DNA from: Bacteroidota bacterium
GTDB taxonomy: Bacteria; Bacteroidota; Ignavibacteria; UBA10030; UBA8401
NCBI GenBank assembly: GCA_020052095.1
Contig: JAGVPT010000185.1
Location: 4,769-68,768, forward strand
Length of the DNA: 64,000 nucleotides
Reading direction: 5' to 3'
Below, piece by piece: positions 9,885-19,004 of this stretch. A program made the position numbers and the translations under genes. How positions within the stretch are numbered: the first letter of the stretch is position 1; each line of letters starts with the position of its first letter. Under the pieces are notes generated by a model. It saw nothing but the letters and a program-made list of their open reading frames with translations, was not told the DNA's origin and made no database searches.

Positions 9885-11621
9885 ATGGAGGGCAACCATT
9901 CGCACGATCATGATCTTGGATTCTGGCGAAAATATATTTTTTCACAGGACCACAAGGTGATCGGAATTCAGTACGGATTTACGAGTCTTCTGTTTCTCCT
10001 TTTCGGATTTGGGTTGATGATTGTGATGCGCTGGCAGCTCGCCTATCCAGGCCAGCCCATTCCATTTATCGGGACTTGGTTTGGTGAAGATCGTGCGCCG
10101 GAGGGAATAATGCTGCCGGAATTCTACAATCAACTGGGCGCGATGCACGGAACGATCATGGTGTTCCTCGGAGTAGTTCCCCTCGCGGTTGGTGCATTTG
10201 GGAACTACATCGTGCCTCTGCAAATCGGCGCGCCGGACATGGCGTTTCCGAAACTCAACATGTCGAGTTACTGGGTCTACTTCGTGGGAGGAGTTACGAT
10301 GCTCGCGAGCTTTCTCATGCCCGGCGGTGCGGCAAATTCAGGTTGGACATCGTATCCGCCCCTTTCTGTCATTGCGACGACAGGGCAGACCTTCTGGCTC
10401 ATCGGGATGGTTTTTCTTATTACCTCCTCGTTGCTCGGCTCGGTGAATTTTATCGTCACGATAATCCAGTTGCGCGCAAAGGGCCTCACATTCATGCGCT
10501 TGCCATTCTTTGTCTGGGCGCAATTCGTGACCTCATTCCTCCTATTGCTCGCGTTTCCGCCGCTCGAAGCGGCTGGCGTCTTGCAGTTGATGGATCGTCT
10601 CGCCGGATCGAGTTTCTTCATGCCGAGCGGGCTCGTAGTGACGGGTCAGGCGCTGAACGTGAGCGGCGGCGGCAGCCCGCTGCTGTGGCAACACCTTTTC
10701 TGGTTTCTCGCGCATCCTGAGGTCTATGTCCTAATCTTGCCTGCGATGGGAATTGTTGGAGAAATAATCGCGAACAATACACGCAAACCATTGTGGGGAT
10801 ACAAATCGATGGTGTACGCGGTGATCTTTCTCGGGTTTATGTCATTCATCGTTTGGGCCCATCATATGTTCATGACGGGGATGGGAACAATCATCAGCAC
10901 ATTCTTCCAGACCACAACGATGATTATTTCGATCCCTTCGATCGTAATTCTCACCGCACTCTTCATTTCTCTCTGGGGCGGGTCAATTCGATTCACGACG
11001 CCGATGCTCTTCGCCCTCGCATTTCTTCCGATGTTCGGCATCGGGGGACTGACCGGATTGCCGCTTGGATTATCGGCGACAGATATTCCTCTTCACGACA
11101 CATATTATGTGATAGGGCATTTCCATTATGTGGTTGCCCCGGGAACAATCTTCGCGCTCTTTGCCGGCATTTATTATTGGTTCCCTAAAATGACGGGGAG
11201 AAAAATGAACGAAGTCCTCGGCAGGATTCATTTCTTCGGCTCACTGGTTTGCATGAACGCGATCTTCATGCCGATGTTCATCGTCGGTCTCGCGGGCGTC
11301 TCGCGTCGATTGTGGGATGGCGGCGCGCAATATGCACATGCTCAGCCGGTATTGCATTGGAATGAATTCATGTCCATGGGGGCCTGGACGCTTGGAATTT
11401 TCCAAATTCCCTTCATTATGAATATCTTCTGGAGCATTTGGAAAGGCAAGAAGGTCGAAGAGAACCACTGGGAGGCGACAACCCTGGAATGGGCAGCACC
11501 TTCGCCTCCGCCTCATGGAAATTTTCTTACAACTCCGGAAGTCTACCGTGCGCCGTACGAATACAGCGTTCCCGGACACAAGAAAGATTTTATTCCGCAG
11601 AATCAACCGATGGAGGCGTAA
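9885..11621 (+). CDS. ctaD: Cytochrome c oxidase subunit I (A1-like heme-copper oxidase)
   Basis: DHKVIG, MHGTIM, GWTSYPPL, HPEVY, WAHHMF, HDTYYVIGHFHY and RR motifs. Confidence 0.96.
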   Translation: MEGNHSHDHDLGFWRKYIFSQDHKVIGIQYGFTSLLFLLFGFGLMIVMRWQLAYPGQPIPFIGTWFGEDRAPEGIMLPEFYNQLGAMHGTIMVFLGVVPLAVGAFGNYIVPLQIGAPDMAFPKLNMSSYWVYFVGGVTMLASFLMPGGAANSGWTSYPPLSVIATTGQTFWLIGMVFLITSSLLGSVNFIVTIIQLRAKGLTFMRLPFFVWAQFVTSFLLLLAFPPLEAAGVLQLMDRLAGSSFFMPSGLVVTGQALNVSGGGSPLLWQHLFWFLAHPEVYVLILPAMGIVGEIIANNTRKPLWGYKSMVYAVIFLGFMSFIVWAHHMFMTGMGTIISTFFQTTTMIISIPSIVILTALFISLWGGSIRFTTPMLFALAFLPMFGIGGLTGLPLGLSATDIPLHDTYYVIGHFHYVVAPGTIFALFAGIYYWFPKMTGRKMNEVLGRIHFFGSLVCMNAIFMPMFIVGLAGVSRRLWDGGAQYAHAQPVLHWNEFMSMGAWTLGIFQIPFIMNIFWSIWKGKKVEENHWEATTLEWAAPSPPPHGNFLTTPEVYRAPYEYSVPGHKKDFIPQNQPMEA

Positions 11622-11627
11622 ACCGAA

Positions 11628-12212
11628 ATGGAAATTCCCTACACAATTAAAGCGCGGCCCGACACCGGTCTTTTTAACGCCAAGCTCGGGATATGGTTGT
11701 TTCTGGCCTCGGAGGTAATGTTATTCGGAGCGCTGTTTTCTTCGTATATCCTGCTGAGAATCGGATCCGTTGAATGGCCGCACCATGTGCTTGATGTTCC
11801 TCTTGCCACCGTGAACACTGCGGTGCTCATCACCTCGAGTATCACAATGGTGATGTCCTGGGCGTCGCTGATGATGAAGGATTTCAAGAAATACAGACTC
11901 TACATGGGAGCAACTGTTCTTCTCGGGTTCGGCTTCCTTATCATAAAGTACTTTGAGTACACGCACCATTTTCACAGCGGAGAATTACCGAGCCACAGCA
12001 CATTCTTTGCAATCTATTTTACGATGACCGGCCTTCACGGACTGCACGTAATCGGCGGGATGATCGTGAATTCGTATTTCTGGGGTCCTGGAAGCAAGAT
12101 GTGGAAAACGGAACCTGAGCGTTTTACGAATCGCATCGAAGTTGCCGGACTCTATTGGCACTTCGTCGATTTGGTGTGGATATTTCTCTTCCCAGTATTG
12201 TACCTACTTTAG
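11628..12212 (+). CDS. ctaE: Cytochrome c oxidase subunit III
   Basis: WLFLASEVMLF, TGLHGLHVIGG and YWHFVDLVWIFLFP. Confidence 0.95.
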   Translation: MEIPYTIKARPDTGLFNAKLGIWLFLASEVMLFGALFSSYILLRIGSVEWPHHVLDVPLATVNTAVLITSSITMVMSWASLMMKDFKKYRLYMGATVLLGFGFLIIKYFEYTHHFHSGELPSHSTFFAIYFTMTGLHGLHVIGGMIVNSYFWGPGSKMWKTEPERFTNRIEVAGLYWHFVDLVWIFLFPVLYLL

Positions 12213-12220
12213 GAGAATCT

Positions 12221-12520
12221 ATGGAACTAACCCATGCCGAAGATGTTAAAAAGCATGTCCGTGTTTATGTCACTGTTTTCGTTGCCCTACTTGCCTTGAC
12301 GATTGTGACCGTGACAATTTCGTATCTCAATCTCAGCGTCGTGCCTGCGATCATCGTCGCGTTGATCATTGCCTCAATCAAGGGGTCGCTCGTTGCGAGC
12401 TACTTCATGCATTTGATCTCTGAAAAGAAGTTGATTTTCGCGGCGCTCATTTTGACGGTGGTCTTTTTCCTCGCGTTGATTTTCATCCCACTTCTTGCAA
12501 TGTCGGATAGGATACACTAA
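12221..12520 (+). CDS. Cytochrome c oxidase subunit IV family protein
   Basis: Three TM helices; IKGSLVASYFMHL motif; AGGAG RBS before ATG 12221. Confidence 0.88.
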   Translation: MELTHAEDVKKHVRVYVTVFVALLALTIVTVTISYLNLSVVPAIIVALIIASIKGSLVASYFMHLISEKKLIFAALILTVVFFLALIFIPLLAMSDRIH

Positions 12521-12522
12521 TT

Positions 12523-12729
12523 ATGTCACTCAAAGCATTCCATGTTTTTTTCATCTCCATCTCGATTCTTTTGTGTTTGACCGTGGGAGGATGGGGAATT
12601 CAATCGTTCGTCACCGGTTCGAACTCGGTCGGGATTCTGGTCGGACTATTTTTTATTCTTTTGGGATCCGCCCTCGTTGTCTATGAATTACGATTTCTTC
12701 GCAAATTCAAAAATGTGAGTTACTTATGA
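12523..12729 (+). CDS. Small two-TM membrane protein in the oxidase operon
   Basis: Tightly packed between neighbours (2-nt gap, ATGA overlap); MSLKAFHVFFI start; two hydrophobic helices. Confidence 0.75.
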   Translation: MSLKAFHVFFISISILLCLTVGGWGIQSFVTGSNSVGILVGLFFILLGSALVVYELRFLRKFKNVSYL

Positions 12730-13004
12730 AAATTGCCGAAACATTCGCCACCGTCGCATTCGTTGTTGCTCTCATCGCGCTTTTCAATCCGGCATCCGCT
12801 CTCGCGTGCGGGAGCTGTTATGGTGCAGCAGATACGCCTGCAACAAACGGGATGAACTTTGCTATCCTCAGTATGCTCGGGATTACGGGTAGCGTTCTTG
12901 CTGCGTTGACATCCTTCTTTTTGTACTTGCGCAAACGCGCCAGACTGAATCTCGCGACTATCGATGATCACGAAATGAGTAACGAAAAGGGAGGCATCCA
13001 ATAA
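12726..13004 (+). CDS. Small membrane protein with CxxC after the signal peptide
   Basis: ALA-CGSC followed by one TM helix; abuts the subunit II start. Confidence 0.75.
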   Translation: MKIAETFATVAFVVALIALFNPASALACGSCYGAADTPATNGMNFAILSMLGITGSVLAALTSFFLYLRKRARLNLATIDDHEMSNEKGGIQ

Positions 13005-13973
13005 ATGAAGGAACTATTACATCTTCCTCTTGATGGCTCTGCACACGGATTGGCAATCGATAACATGCTTGCCGCGATTCACTGGCTCATGCTGATCCTT
13101 TTTCTCGGATGGGGAGCTTTTTTCATCTACACACTCATCCGGTTTCGTAAGAAGAAAAATCCTGTCGCCAATTATGCCGGTGTTAAGAGTCATCTCTCGA
13201 GTTATTTAGAAATTGCCGTCGCGGTCTTCGAAGCGGTGCTTCTTATCGGTTTCGCAGTGCCACTCTGGGCAAAACGTGTCAACGAATTCCCGGCGGAGAA
13301 GGACGCCACGATTGTCCGCGTGGTGGCTGAGCAATATTCCTGGAATATTCACTATCCGGGCGCCGATGGGATATTTGGAAGGACATCGATTTCGTTGATC
13401 ACGGATGACAATCCGCTCGGATTGGATCGCACCGATCCGAACGCCAAGGACGATATCGCCACGGTCAATCAGATGCACGTGCCTGTGAACAAGCCGGTGA
13501 TTGTCCGATTGTCATCAAAAGATGTCATTCACAGTTTCGGTGTGCCGACAATGCGGGTGAAGCAGGATGCTATTCCCGGCCAGGTTATCCCGCTTTGGTT
13601 CACGCCGACATTGACAACGGACCAGCTCGTTGCAGAAATGGCTGAGCAATTTCAGTTGAAGCCGGAAGGGACCTCGCCAAAACTATTTGAATACATCGCA
13701 TTGAAAGATTTCATCGCAAAAGACAGCACGGTGGTTTTGAAGAAAGGGGACGTGTTCAGCCAGGATGTCGTGAAATCACTTCTTGATGCCGGCGTTACGC
13801 AAGTCCTGGCCGCTCCCAACGTCACTACTGAAATCGCGTGCGCCCAGTTGTGCGGTCTTGGACATTACCGCATGCGCGGCTACCTGAGCGTTGACACGAA
13901 GGAAGCGTACGATGCGTGGATGGCGGACCAGGTATCCCAATTACCGCAGGATCCGGTCGCGGCGGTAAAATGA
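13005..13973 (+). CDS. ctaC: Cytochrome c oxidase subunit II (CuA)
   Basis: Two TM helices, DVIHSF, KQDAIPG and CAQLCGLGHYRM; ~73-aa insertion before the CuA loop. Confidence 0.93.
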   Translation: MKELLHLPLDGSAHGLAIDNMLAAIHWLMLILFLGWGAFFIYTLIRFRKKKNPVANYAGVKSHLSSYLEIAVAVFEAVLLIGFAVPLWAKRVNEFPAEKDATIVRVVAEQYSWNIHYPGADGIFGRTSISLITDDNPLGLDRTDPNAKDDIATVNQMHVPVNKPVIVRLSSKDVIHSFGVPTMRVKQDAIPGQVIPLWFTPTLTTDQLVAEMAEQFQLKPEGTSPKLFEYIALKDFIAKDSTVVLKKGDVFSQDVVKSLLDAGVTQVLAAPNVTTEIACAQLCGLGHYRMRGYLSVDTKEAYDAWMADQVSQLPQDPVAAVK

Positions 13974-13992
13974 TTTTCTGGAGAATACAACT

Positions 13993-15018
13993 TTGAAGTA
14001 CAACAAAGGATTACATCGATTTTCGTTCATCACGGTTGCGTGTACCTTCCTCCTCATCATTGCGGGCGGACTGGTTACGAGCACAGGATCGAGTCTGGCG
14101 GTTCCCGATTGGCCTCTTGCGTATGGCATGATCATGCCTCCGATGGTCGGAGGTATTTTGTATGAGCATGGGCACAGGATGCTCGCAACGTTTGTCGGGT
14201 TGTTGACGATTGTCCTTTCGGTTTGGCTATGGAAGAAGGAAGAGCGTCGCTGGTTGAAAATTCTTGGCATCGTTGCCCTCGGTGCGGTTATCACACAAGG
14301 ATTGCTTGGCGGCCTCACGGTTGTTTTCCTGCTTCCGACTGCAATTTCGGTGTCACATGCGACTCTTGCACAGACTTTTTTTGCGATTGTCGCGTCGATT
14401 GCGCTATTCACATCGCGATGGTGGCAATCGGACTATCCCAGATTGGCATCAGAAGGCAGCTTGGCGACGCTCCGGCTTTCATTCTTAACGACCCTTGCAG
14501 TCTTCGTTCAATTGATCTTTGGAGCGCTGATGCGCCATACAGGCTCAGGCCTCGTGGTTCCCGATTTTCCGATGGCGTACGGACAGCTTTTTCCATCTCT
14601 TGGCGCCGAATCACTCGCCCGGTATAATCACGACCTCATCTATTCTGATATTCGGCTTTTTGCCGATGGCGCGGTGACATCGTCCCAAATTGTCATCCAC
14701 ATGCTACATCGGATTTGGGCGGTTGTGGTTGCCGTTCTGATTGTCGCGCTGTCAGCAAATCTGTTAAGGCCATCGAACCTGACTTCTCGGATTAAACGTT
14801 TTGCTTATGCTCTTCCTTTTTTGTTGATCATTCAGATTACACTCGGAGCATACACAGTTCTATCGCGGAAAGCAGTTGAGGTCACCACAGCCCACGTTGC
14901 GACCGGCGCTCTTATCTTGGCAACCTGTCTTCTCGTTTTTCTACATCTTGTAAGAGTTTATCAAGTCCGCTTTAAGAAGTTCTCATTTGTTTATTCCACT
15001 GAAAGAGCGATTGCATGA
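13993..15018 (+). CDS. ctaA: Heme A synthase (COX15/CtaA)
   Basis: PDWP, YEHGHR, SVSH, HMLHR and TAHV His motifs; 8 TM pattern. Confidence 0.9.
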   Translation: MKYNKGLHRFSFITVACTFLLIIAGGLVTSTGSSLAVPDWPLAYGMIMPPMVGGILYEHGHRMLATFVGLLTIVLSVWLWKKEERRWLKILGIVALGAVITQGLLGGLTVVFLLPTAISVSHATLAQTFFAIVASIALFTSRWWQSDYPRLASEGSLATLRLSFLTTLAVFVQLIFGALMRHTGSGLVVPDFPMAYGQLFPSLGAESLARYNHDLIYSDIRLFADGAVTSSQIVIHMLHRIWAVVVAVLIVALSANLLRPSNLTSRIKRFAYALPFLLIIQITLGAYTVLSRKAVEVTTAHVATGALILATCLLVFLHLVRVYQVRFKKFSFVYSTERAIA

Positions 15019-15965
15019 TTGGTGATGCCGAAGCCGTAGCCGTAGCAGCTTTTCCTTATCCACGGTCCACCTGGAAATCTATCGCGGATTACATAGAATT
15101 GATGAAGCCGGAATTGACATCGCTTTCCGTATTGACGGCGCTCTGTGCGTTTTATGTCGCTCACACCGGGATCTGGAGTTCAATAGATACCTGGTTAGTG
15201 ACGAACCTCGCTCTCGGAACAACCCTCGTCGGCGGGGGCGCTGGTGCTCTCAATCAATACCTTGAACGAAAATATGATGGAATGATGAAAAGAACCGAGA
15301 AACGGCCGCTCCCTTCCGGCAGGCTGACTCCGGAAGCTGTCCTCTTTTTCGGAATTTTCATTTCGAGTGCAGGCCTTGTGGAGTTGACGTTTCTCGTGAA
15401 TGGTCTCACCGGATTTCTTGCCGTTGTCACTTTGACGACCTATTTATTTCTGTATACTCCGTTGAAGCGGATTTCGCCGATCGCGACGACCATCGGCGGG
15501 ATTCCTGGAGCATTGCCGCCGATGATGGGGTGGGCGGCCGCGCGAAATGGAATTTCATACGAAGTGATTGTATTTTTCGCGATTCTCTTTTTGTGGCAAA
15601 TGCCCCACTTTTTTTCATTGGCGTGGTTGTACAAGAAAGATTACGCGCGCGCCGGCTACAAATTGCTGACCGTCGAGGATGAGTCCGGCACAAAAACATC
15701 GCGCCACATTCTGGCGAATTGTGCGGCGCTTATCCCGATTAGCCTGATTCCGTCCGTACTCGGAATGACTTCCACCGTGTACTTCATAGGCACATTGGTA
15801 GCGGGGATCGCCTTTTTGTTTTTTGGAATCATGTTCGCGGTTTCATTCTTCTCGACAGAGGGCGACAAGCTCGCGCGGACGAACTTTTTTGCCCGCCGCC
15901 TTTTTTTCGCTTCGCTGGTTTACCTTCCCGTGATTCTCTTCCTAATGGTGATCGACAAGAGATAG
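15015..15965 (+). CDS. ctaB: Heme O synthase (protoheme IX farnesyltransferase)
   Basis: NQYLERKYDGMMKRTEKRPLPSGR, YTPLKR and WQMPHF. Confidence 0.95.
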   Translation: MIGDAEAVAVAAFPYPRSTWKSIADYIELMKPELTSLSVLTALCAFYVAHTGIWSSIDTWLVTNLALGTTLVGGGAGALNQYLERKYDGMMKRTEKRPLPSGRLTPEAVLFFGIFISSAGLVELTFLVNGLTGFLAVVTLTTYLFLYTPLKRISPIATTIGGIPGALPPMMGWAAARNGISYEVIVFFAILFLWQMPHFFSLAWLYKKDYARAGYKLLTVEDESGTKTSRHILANCAALIPISLIPSVLGMTSTVYFIGTLVAGIAFLFFGIMFAVSFFSTEGDKLARTNFFARRLFFASLVYLPVILFLMVIDKR

Positions 15966-15975
15966 GTTGCGAAAA

Positions 15976-16008
15976 AGCTATCCGATTGCTATCAGCAATC
16001 GGATAGCT
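15976..16008. repeat. 33-bp palindromic REP-like element, copy 1
   Basis: AGCTATCCGATTGCT-ATC-AGCAATCGGATAGCT. Confidence 0.85.
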
Positions 16009-16068
16009 ACGAATTGTTAGCAGCGCTATCTTTTCGTATATTGTATATGATTTTCTCTCATTTTCTCT

Positions 16069-17016
16069 ATGAATGAATCTATAGTCATCGTTTCGGATTT
16101 AACACACGACTACGCGGAACGCCGCGCCCTGGATAACGTCTCCCTCGCTATCGCCAAAAATGAGATTTTCGGTTTCCTCGGGCCAAATGGCGGTGGGAAG
16201 ACGACAATGTTCAAGATACTCTCCACTGCGATAACGCCGACAAGCGGCCGCGCTGAAGTGTGCGGGTACGATGTTGTCAAACGTTCATCCGAAGTGCGAA
16301 GGCATATTGGCGTCGTGTTTCAATCGCCGAGCCTCGATGTCAAGTTGACTGTGAGGGAGAATCTGCGATTTCACGGACTTCTTCACGGATTGCATGGAAC
16401 GACGGCCTCGCAAAGAATTGACGACGTGCTGATCCATCTGAAGCTCGTCGACCGAGCGCATGATACCGTGGAGATGCTTTCCGGGGGCTTGCAACGGCGA
16501 GTCGAAATTGGAAAAGGCTTGCTTCATCGTCCTGATGTTCTCATTCTTGATGAACCGAGCACGGGACTCGACCCGGGGGCGCGGCGAGATCTGTGGGACT
16601 ATCTGCTTCAGCTCCGCAAGGAGACCGGGGTTACGGTTGTCGTCACTTCTCATATATTGGATGAAGCCGAACATTGCGACCGCCTCGTGATTCTCGACAA
16701 AGGAAAACTTGTCGCTATCGGAACGCCGGATAAGTTGAAACGAGAGGTCGGCGGCGAGGTCATTTCAATTGTAGCGAAAGATCCTGCTGAGGCGCGCATC
16801 TTGCTGAAAAGGAAATTCAAGCTGGCATCGACAATCGTGGAGAACACAATTCGCGTCGAAAAGAACAACGGGCATCAATTTGTTCCGAAGATTGTGGAGG
16901 CCTTCCCGGGTAAAATCGAAGCCATCTCTGTGGGAAAACCGACGCTCGAAGACGTCTTCATTCATCACACAGGACACAGAATGCGAAATGAAGAATCGAG
17001 CGGGGTGGATACGTAG
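16069..17016 (+). CDS. ABC-2 type exporter ATP-binding protein
   Basis: GPNGGGKTT, LSGG, ILDEPSTGLD, SH switch and C-terminal PTLEDVF. Confidence 0.93.
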   Translation: MNESIVIVSDLTHDYAERRALDNVSLAIAKNEIFGFLGPNGGGKTTMFKILSTAITPTSGRAEVCGYDVVKRSSEVRRHIGVVFQSPSLDVKLTVRENLRFHGLLHGLHGTTASQRIDDVLIHLKLVDRAHDTVEMLSGGLQRRVEIGKGLLHRPDVLILDEPSTGLDPGARRDLWDYLLQLRKETGVTVVVTSHILDEAEHCDRLVILDKGKLVAIGTPDKLKREVGGEVISIVAKDPAEARILLKRKFKLASTIVENTIRVEKNNGHQFVPKIVEAFPGKIEAISVGKPTLEDVFIHHTGHRMRNEESSGVDT

Positions 17017-17056
17017 TGCTGCTCCGAAAAATAAATATTGTGCTTTGAAATGTCTT

Positions 17057-17171
17057 GTCATCCTTCGACGCAGCCGCGACGGTCATCCTGAGCAAGCAGA
17101 GCGCGTCGTCAACGACCCGATGGGTCGTCGACCCGTCGGGAAGGAGGCCGTCGCGGCTTTGCTCAGGATGA
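17057..17171. repeat. Composite nested hairpin repeat A
   Basis: TCATCCTGAGCAA/TTGCTCAGGATGA and GCCGCGACGG/CCGTCGCGGC inverted repeats; inner ACGACCCGATGGGTCGT shared with the 18.9 kb region. Confidence 0.75.
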
Positions 17172-17290
17172 GCACCATGATAAGAATGCAAGATTGTTTA
17201 ATTGTCGCGGTACTAGCAACGGGGAGCCTGGAAAGAGAAAAGTATTAATCAAATATCCAACAGCAACCCATTAATCCGAAATAGAAACCA

Positions 17291-18073
17291 ATGAACATCA
17301 CCACAGAAATCGTATTGCCGACATACTCGCTCTGGATGAGGGAGTTGATCCGCTTTTTTCGTCAGAGGAGCAGGATGATTGGCGTGATTGGTTCGCCGAT
17401 ATTGTTCTGGTTCTTCATCGGTTCCGGGCTGGGGAGTTCTTTTCGGATGAGTTCGCCGAAGGGAGATACAAGTTATCTTGAATACTTTTTCCCGGGCACG
17501 CTCCTCCTCATTATGCTGTTCACTGCGATTTTCTCGACGATCTCGATCATTGAAGATAGGAAAGAGGGCTTCCTGCAATCGGTTCTGGTGGCGCCGATTT
17601 CCGGCGCCGGAATTGCACTAGGGAAGATATTTGGCGGCACAACTCTCGCGGTCATTCAAGCGATTATTTTTCTTGCCTTCGCGCCCCTCATCGGCTTTCA
17701 ATTTAGCGTTCTGGAATTCCTTTCCCTTATCGTGTTGCTTTTCGTTATCGCCTTCGGACTAACCGGCCTCGGCTTCCTGATCGCCTGGCGGATGGAGTCG
17801 ACACAGGGGTTTCACGCTATCATGAATTTGTTTCTGATCCCGCTCTGGTTGCTTTCGGGTTCCTTGTTTCCGATGGAAGGGGCCCCGGGATGGCTGCGAG
17901 GAATTATGTCTATCAATCCCCTTACCTATTCCGTTTCTGCCACAAGGCTGATGTTATATCATCAGGCTCGCATCGAACACCCGGGGTTCATTTTTTCAGT
18001 GTGCGTCATTCTCTCATTTTGTGCTATTGTATTTATCGGGTCAATGCTCTCCGTAAGAAAGAAATCAATATGA
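17291..18073 (+). CDS. ABC-2 type exporter permease
   Basis: Six TM helices; EDRKEGFLQSVLVAPIS, LSGSLFP and NPLTY. Confidence 0.92.
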   Translation: MNITTEIVLPTYSLWMRELIRFFRQRSRMIGVIGSPILFWFFIGSGLGSSFRMSSPKGDTSYLEYFFPGTLLLIMLFTAIFSTISIIEDRKEGFLQSVLVAPISGAGIALGKIFGGTTLAVIQAIIFLAFAPLIGFQFSVLEFLSLIVLLFVIAFGLTGLGFLIAWRMESTQGFHAIMNLFLIPLWLLSGSLFPMEGAPGWLRGIMSINPLTYSVSATRLMLYHQARIEHPGFIFSVCVILSFCAIVFIGSMLSVRKKSI

Positions 18074-18705
18074 AGTTATCGACCGGTCATATTTCGTTCC
18101 GCACTTTTTTTCTTTGGGGATTACTCGGGTTTGTGATTGCTGCCACCATATTTTCCTTTCTCTACACCGAGATAATATCTCCCGCCAAAAGCTCTCTGCC
18201 GCGTACTGGAATAGTTCCAGAAATCACTCTTACAGAGCGTAGCGGCCGGAAACTCCCGCTCTCCGATCTGAAAGGGAAGGTGTGGATCGCCGATTTCATC
18301 TTCACAAACTGCGGCGGCAGTTGCCCCATCATGACCAGCACAATGGCGAGCTTTCAAGAACAGATTAAGAATGTGAACAATATTGTTCTTGTTTCGTTCA
18401 CCGTCGATCCTGAACGCGATTCTCCTCAAGCCCTCAGCGAATATGCGGAACTCTACAAGGCGTCTCCTTCTCGATGGCTCTTCCTGACAGGGGAGAAGAA
18501 GAAACTGAATTACCTGACGCGCGATTGCTTTCATCTTGCCGTTGCAGCTGATTCCGGATCGACCGTCGAACCAATCGTTCACAGTACGCTATTTGTTCTG
18601 GTCGATAAGCAGGGAGTCATCCGTGGATATTACGACTCAACTGACGAAAACGCGCTCGAGAAGATTGTCGCAGATGCCCGCGGATTGGCATCTGAAAAGA
18701 ATTGA
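18070..18705 (+). CDS. SCO family copper chaperone
   Basis: N-terminal TM, FIFTNCGGSCP (CxxxC), VDPERD and conserved His (IVHST). Start at ATG 18070 overlapping the permease stop. Confidence 0.92.
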   Translation: MKLSTGHISFRTFFLWGLLGFVIAATIFSFLYTEIISPAKSSLPRTGIVPEITLTERSGRKLPLSDLKGKVWIADFIFTNCGGSCPIMTSTMASFQEQIKNVNNIVLVSFTVDPERDSPQALSEYAELYKASPSRWLFLTGEKKKLNYLTRDCFHLAVAADSGSTVEPIVHSTLFVLVDKQGVIRGYYDSTDENALEKIVADARGLASEKN

Positions 18706-18726
18706 AGACTATCTCAAAAACGCTCT

Positions 18727-18946
18727 GTCATCCGCCCTTCGACGCTCCCGAGTTCGTCGGTCGACGACTCGACTCGTCGAGGTCTATCGACCCGTCGGGT
18801 CGTTCTACGAATCTACGATTCGTAGAATCGTAGATAGACGACTCGTCGAGGATTGCTCAGGGTGAACAGGTTCCGTGTTCATCCTGAGGTGAGCGAAGCG
18901 AACGCATCGTCCACGACCCGATGGGTCGTAGACCCGTAGGGAAGGA
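18727..18946. repeat. Composite nested hairpin repeat B
   Basis: Multiple nested palindromes; shares modules with the 17.1 kb element and (inverted) the 22.6 kb element. Confidence 0.75.
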
Positions 18947-19004
18947 TTGATTGGAATGATTTTGAAATAGCTTATAGTCAACTACTCCATCCGAATCGCT
19001 GAGA

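Noticed and set aside
16880..18865. ORFs 16880-17248 and 18536-18865
   Set aside because: They overlap real genes out of frame and run through palindromic repeats; no protein-like features.
18727..18946. CRISPR array
   Set aside because: No regularly spaced direct repeats with unique spacers and no cas genes; these are nested palindromes.
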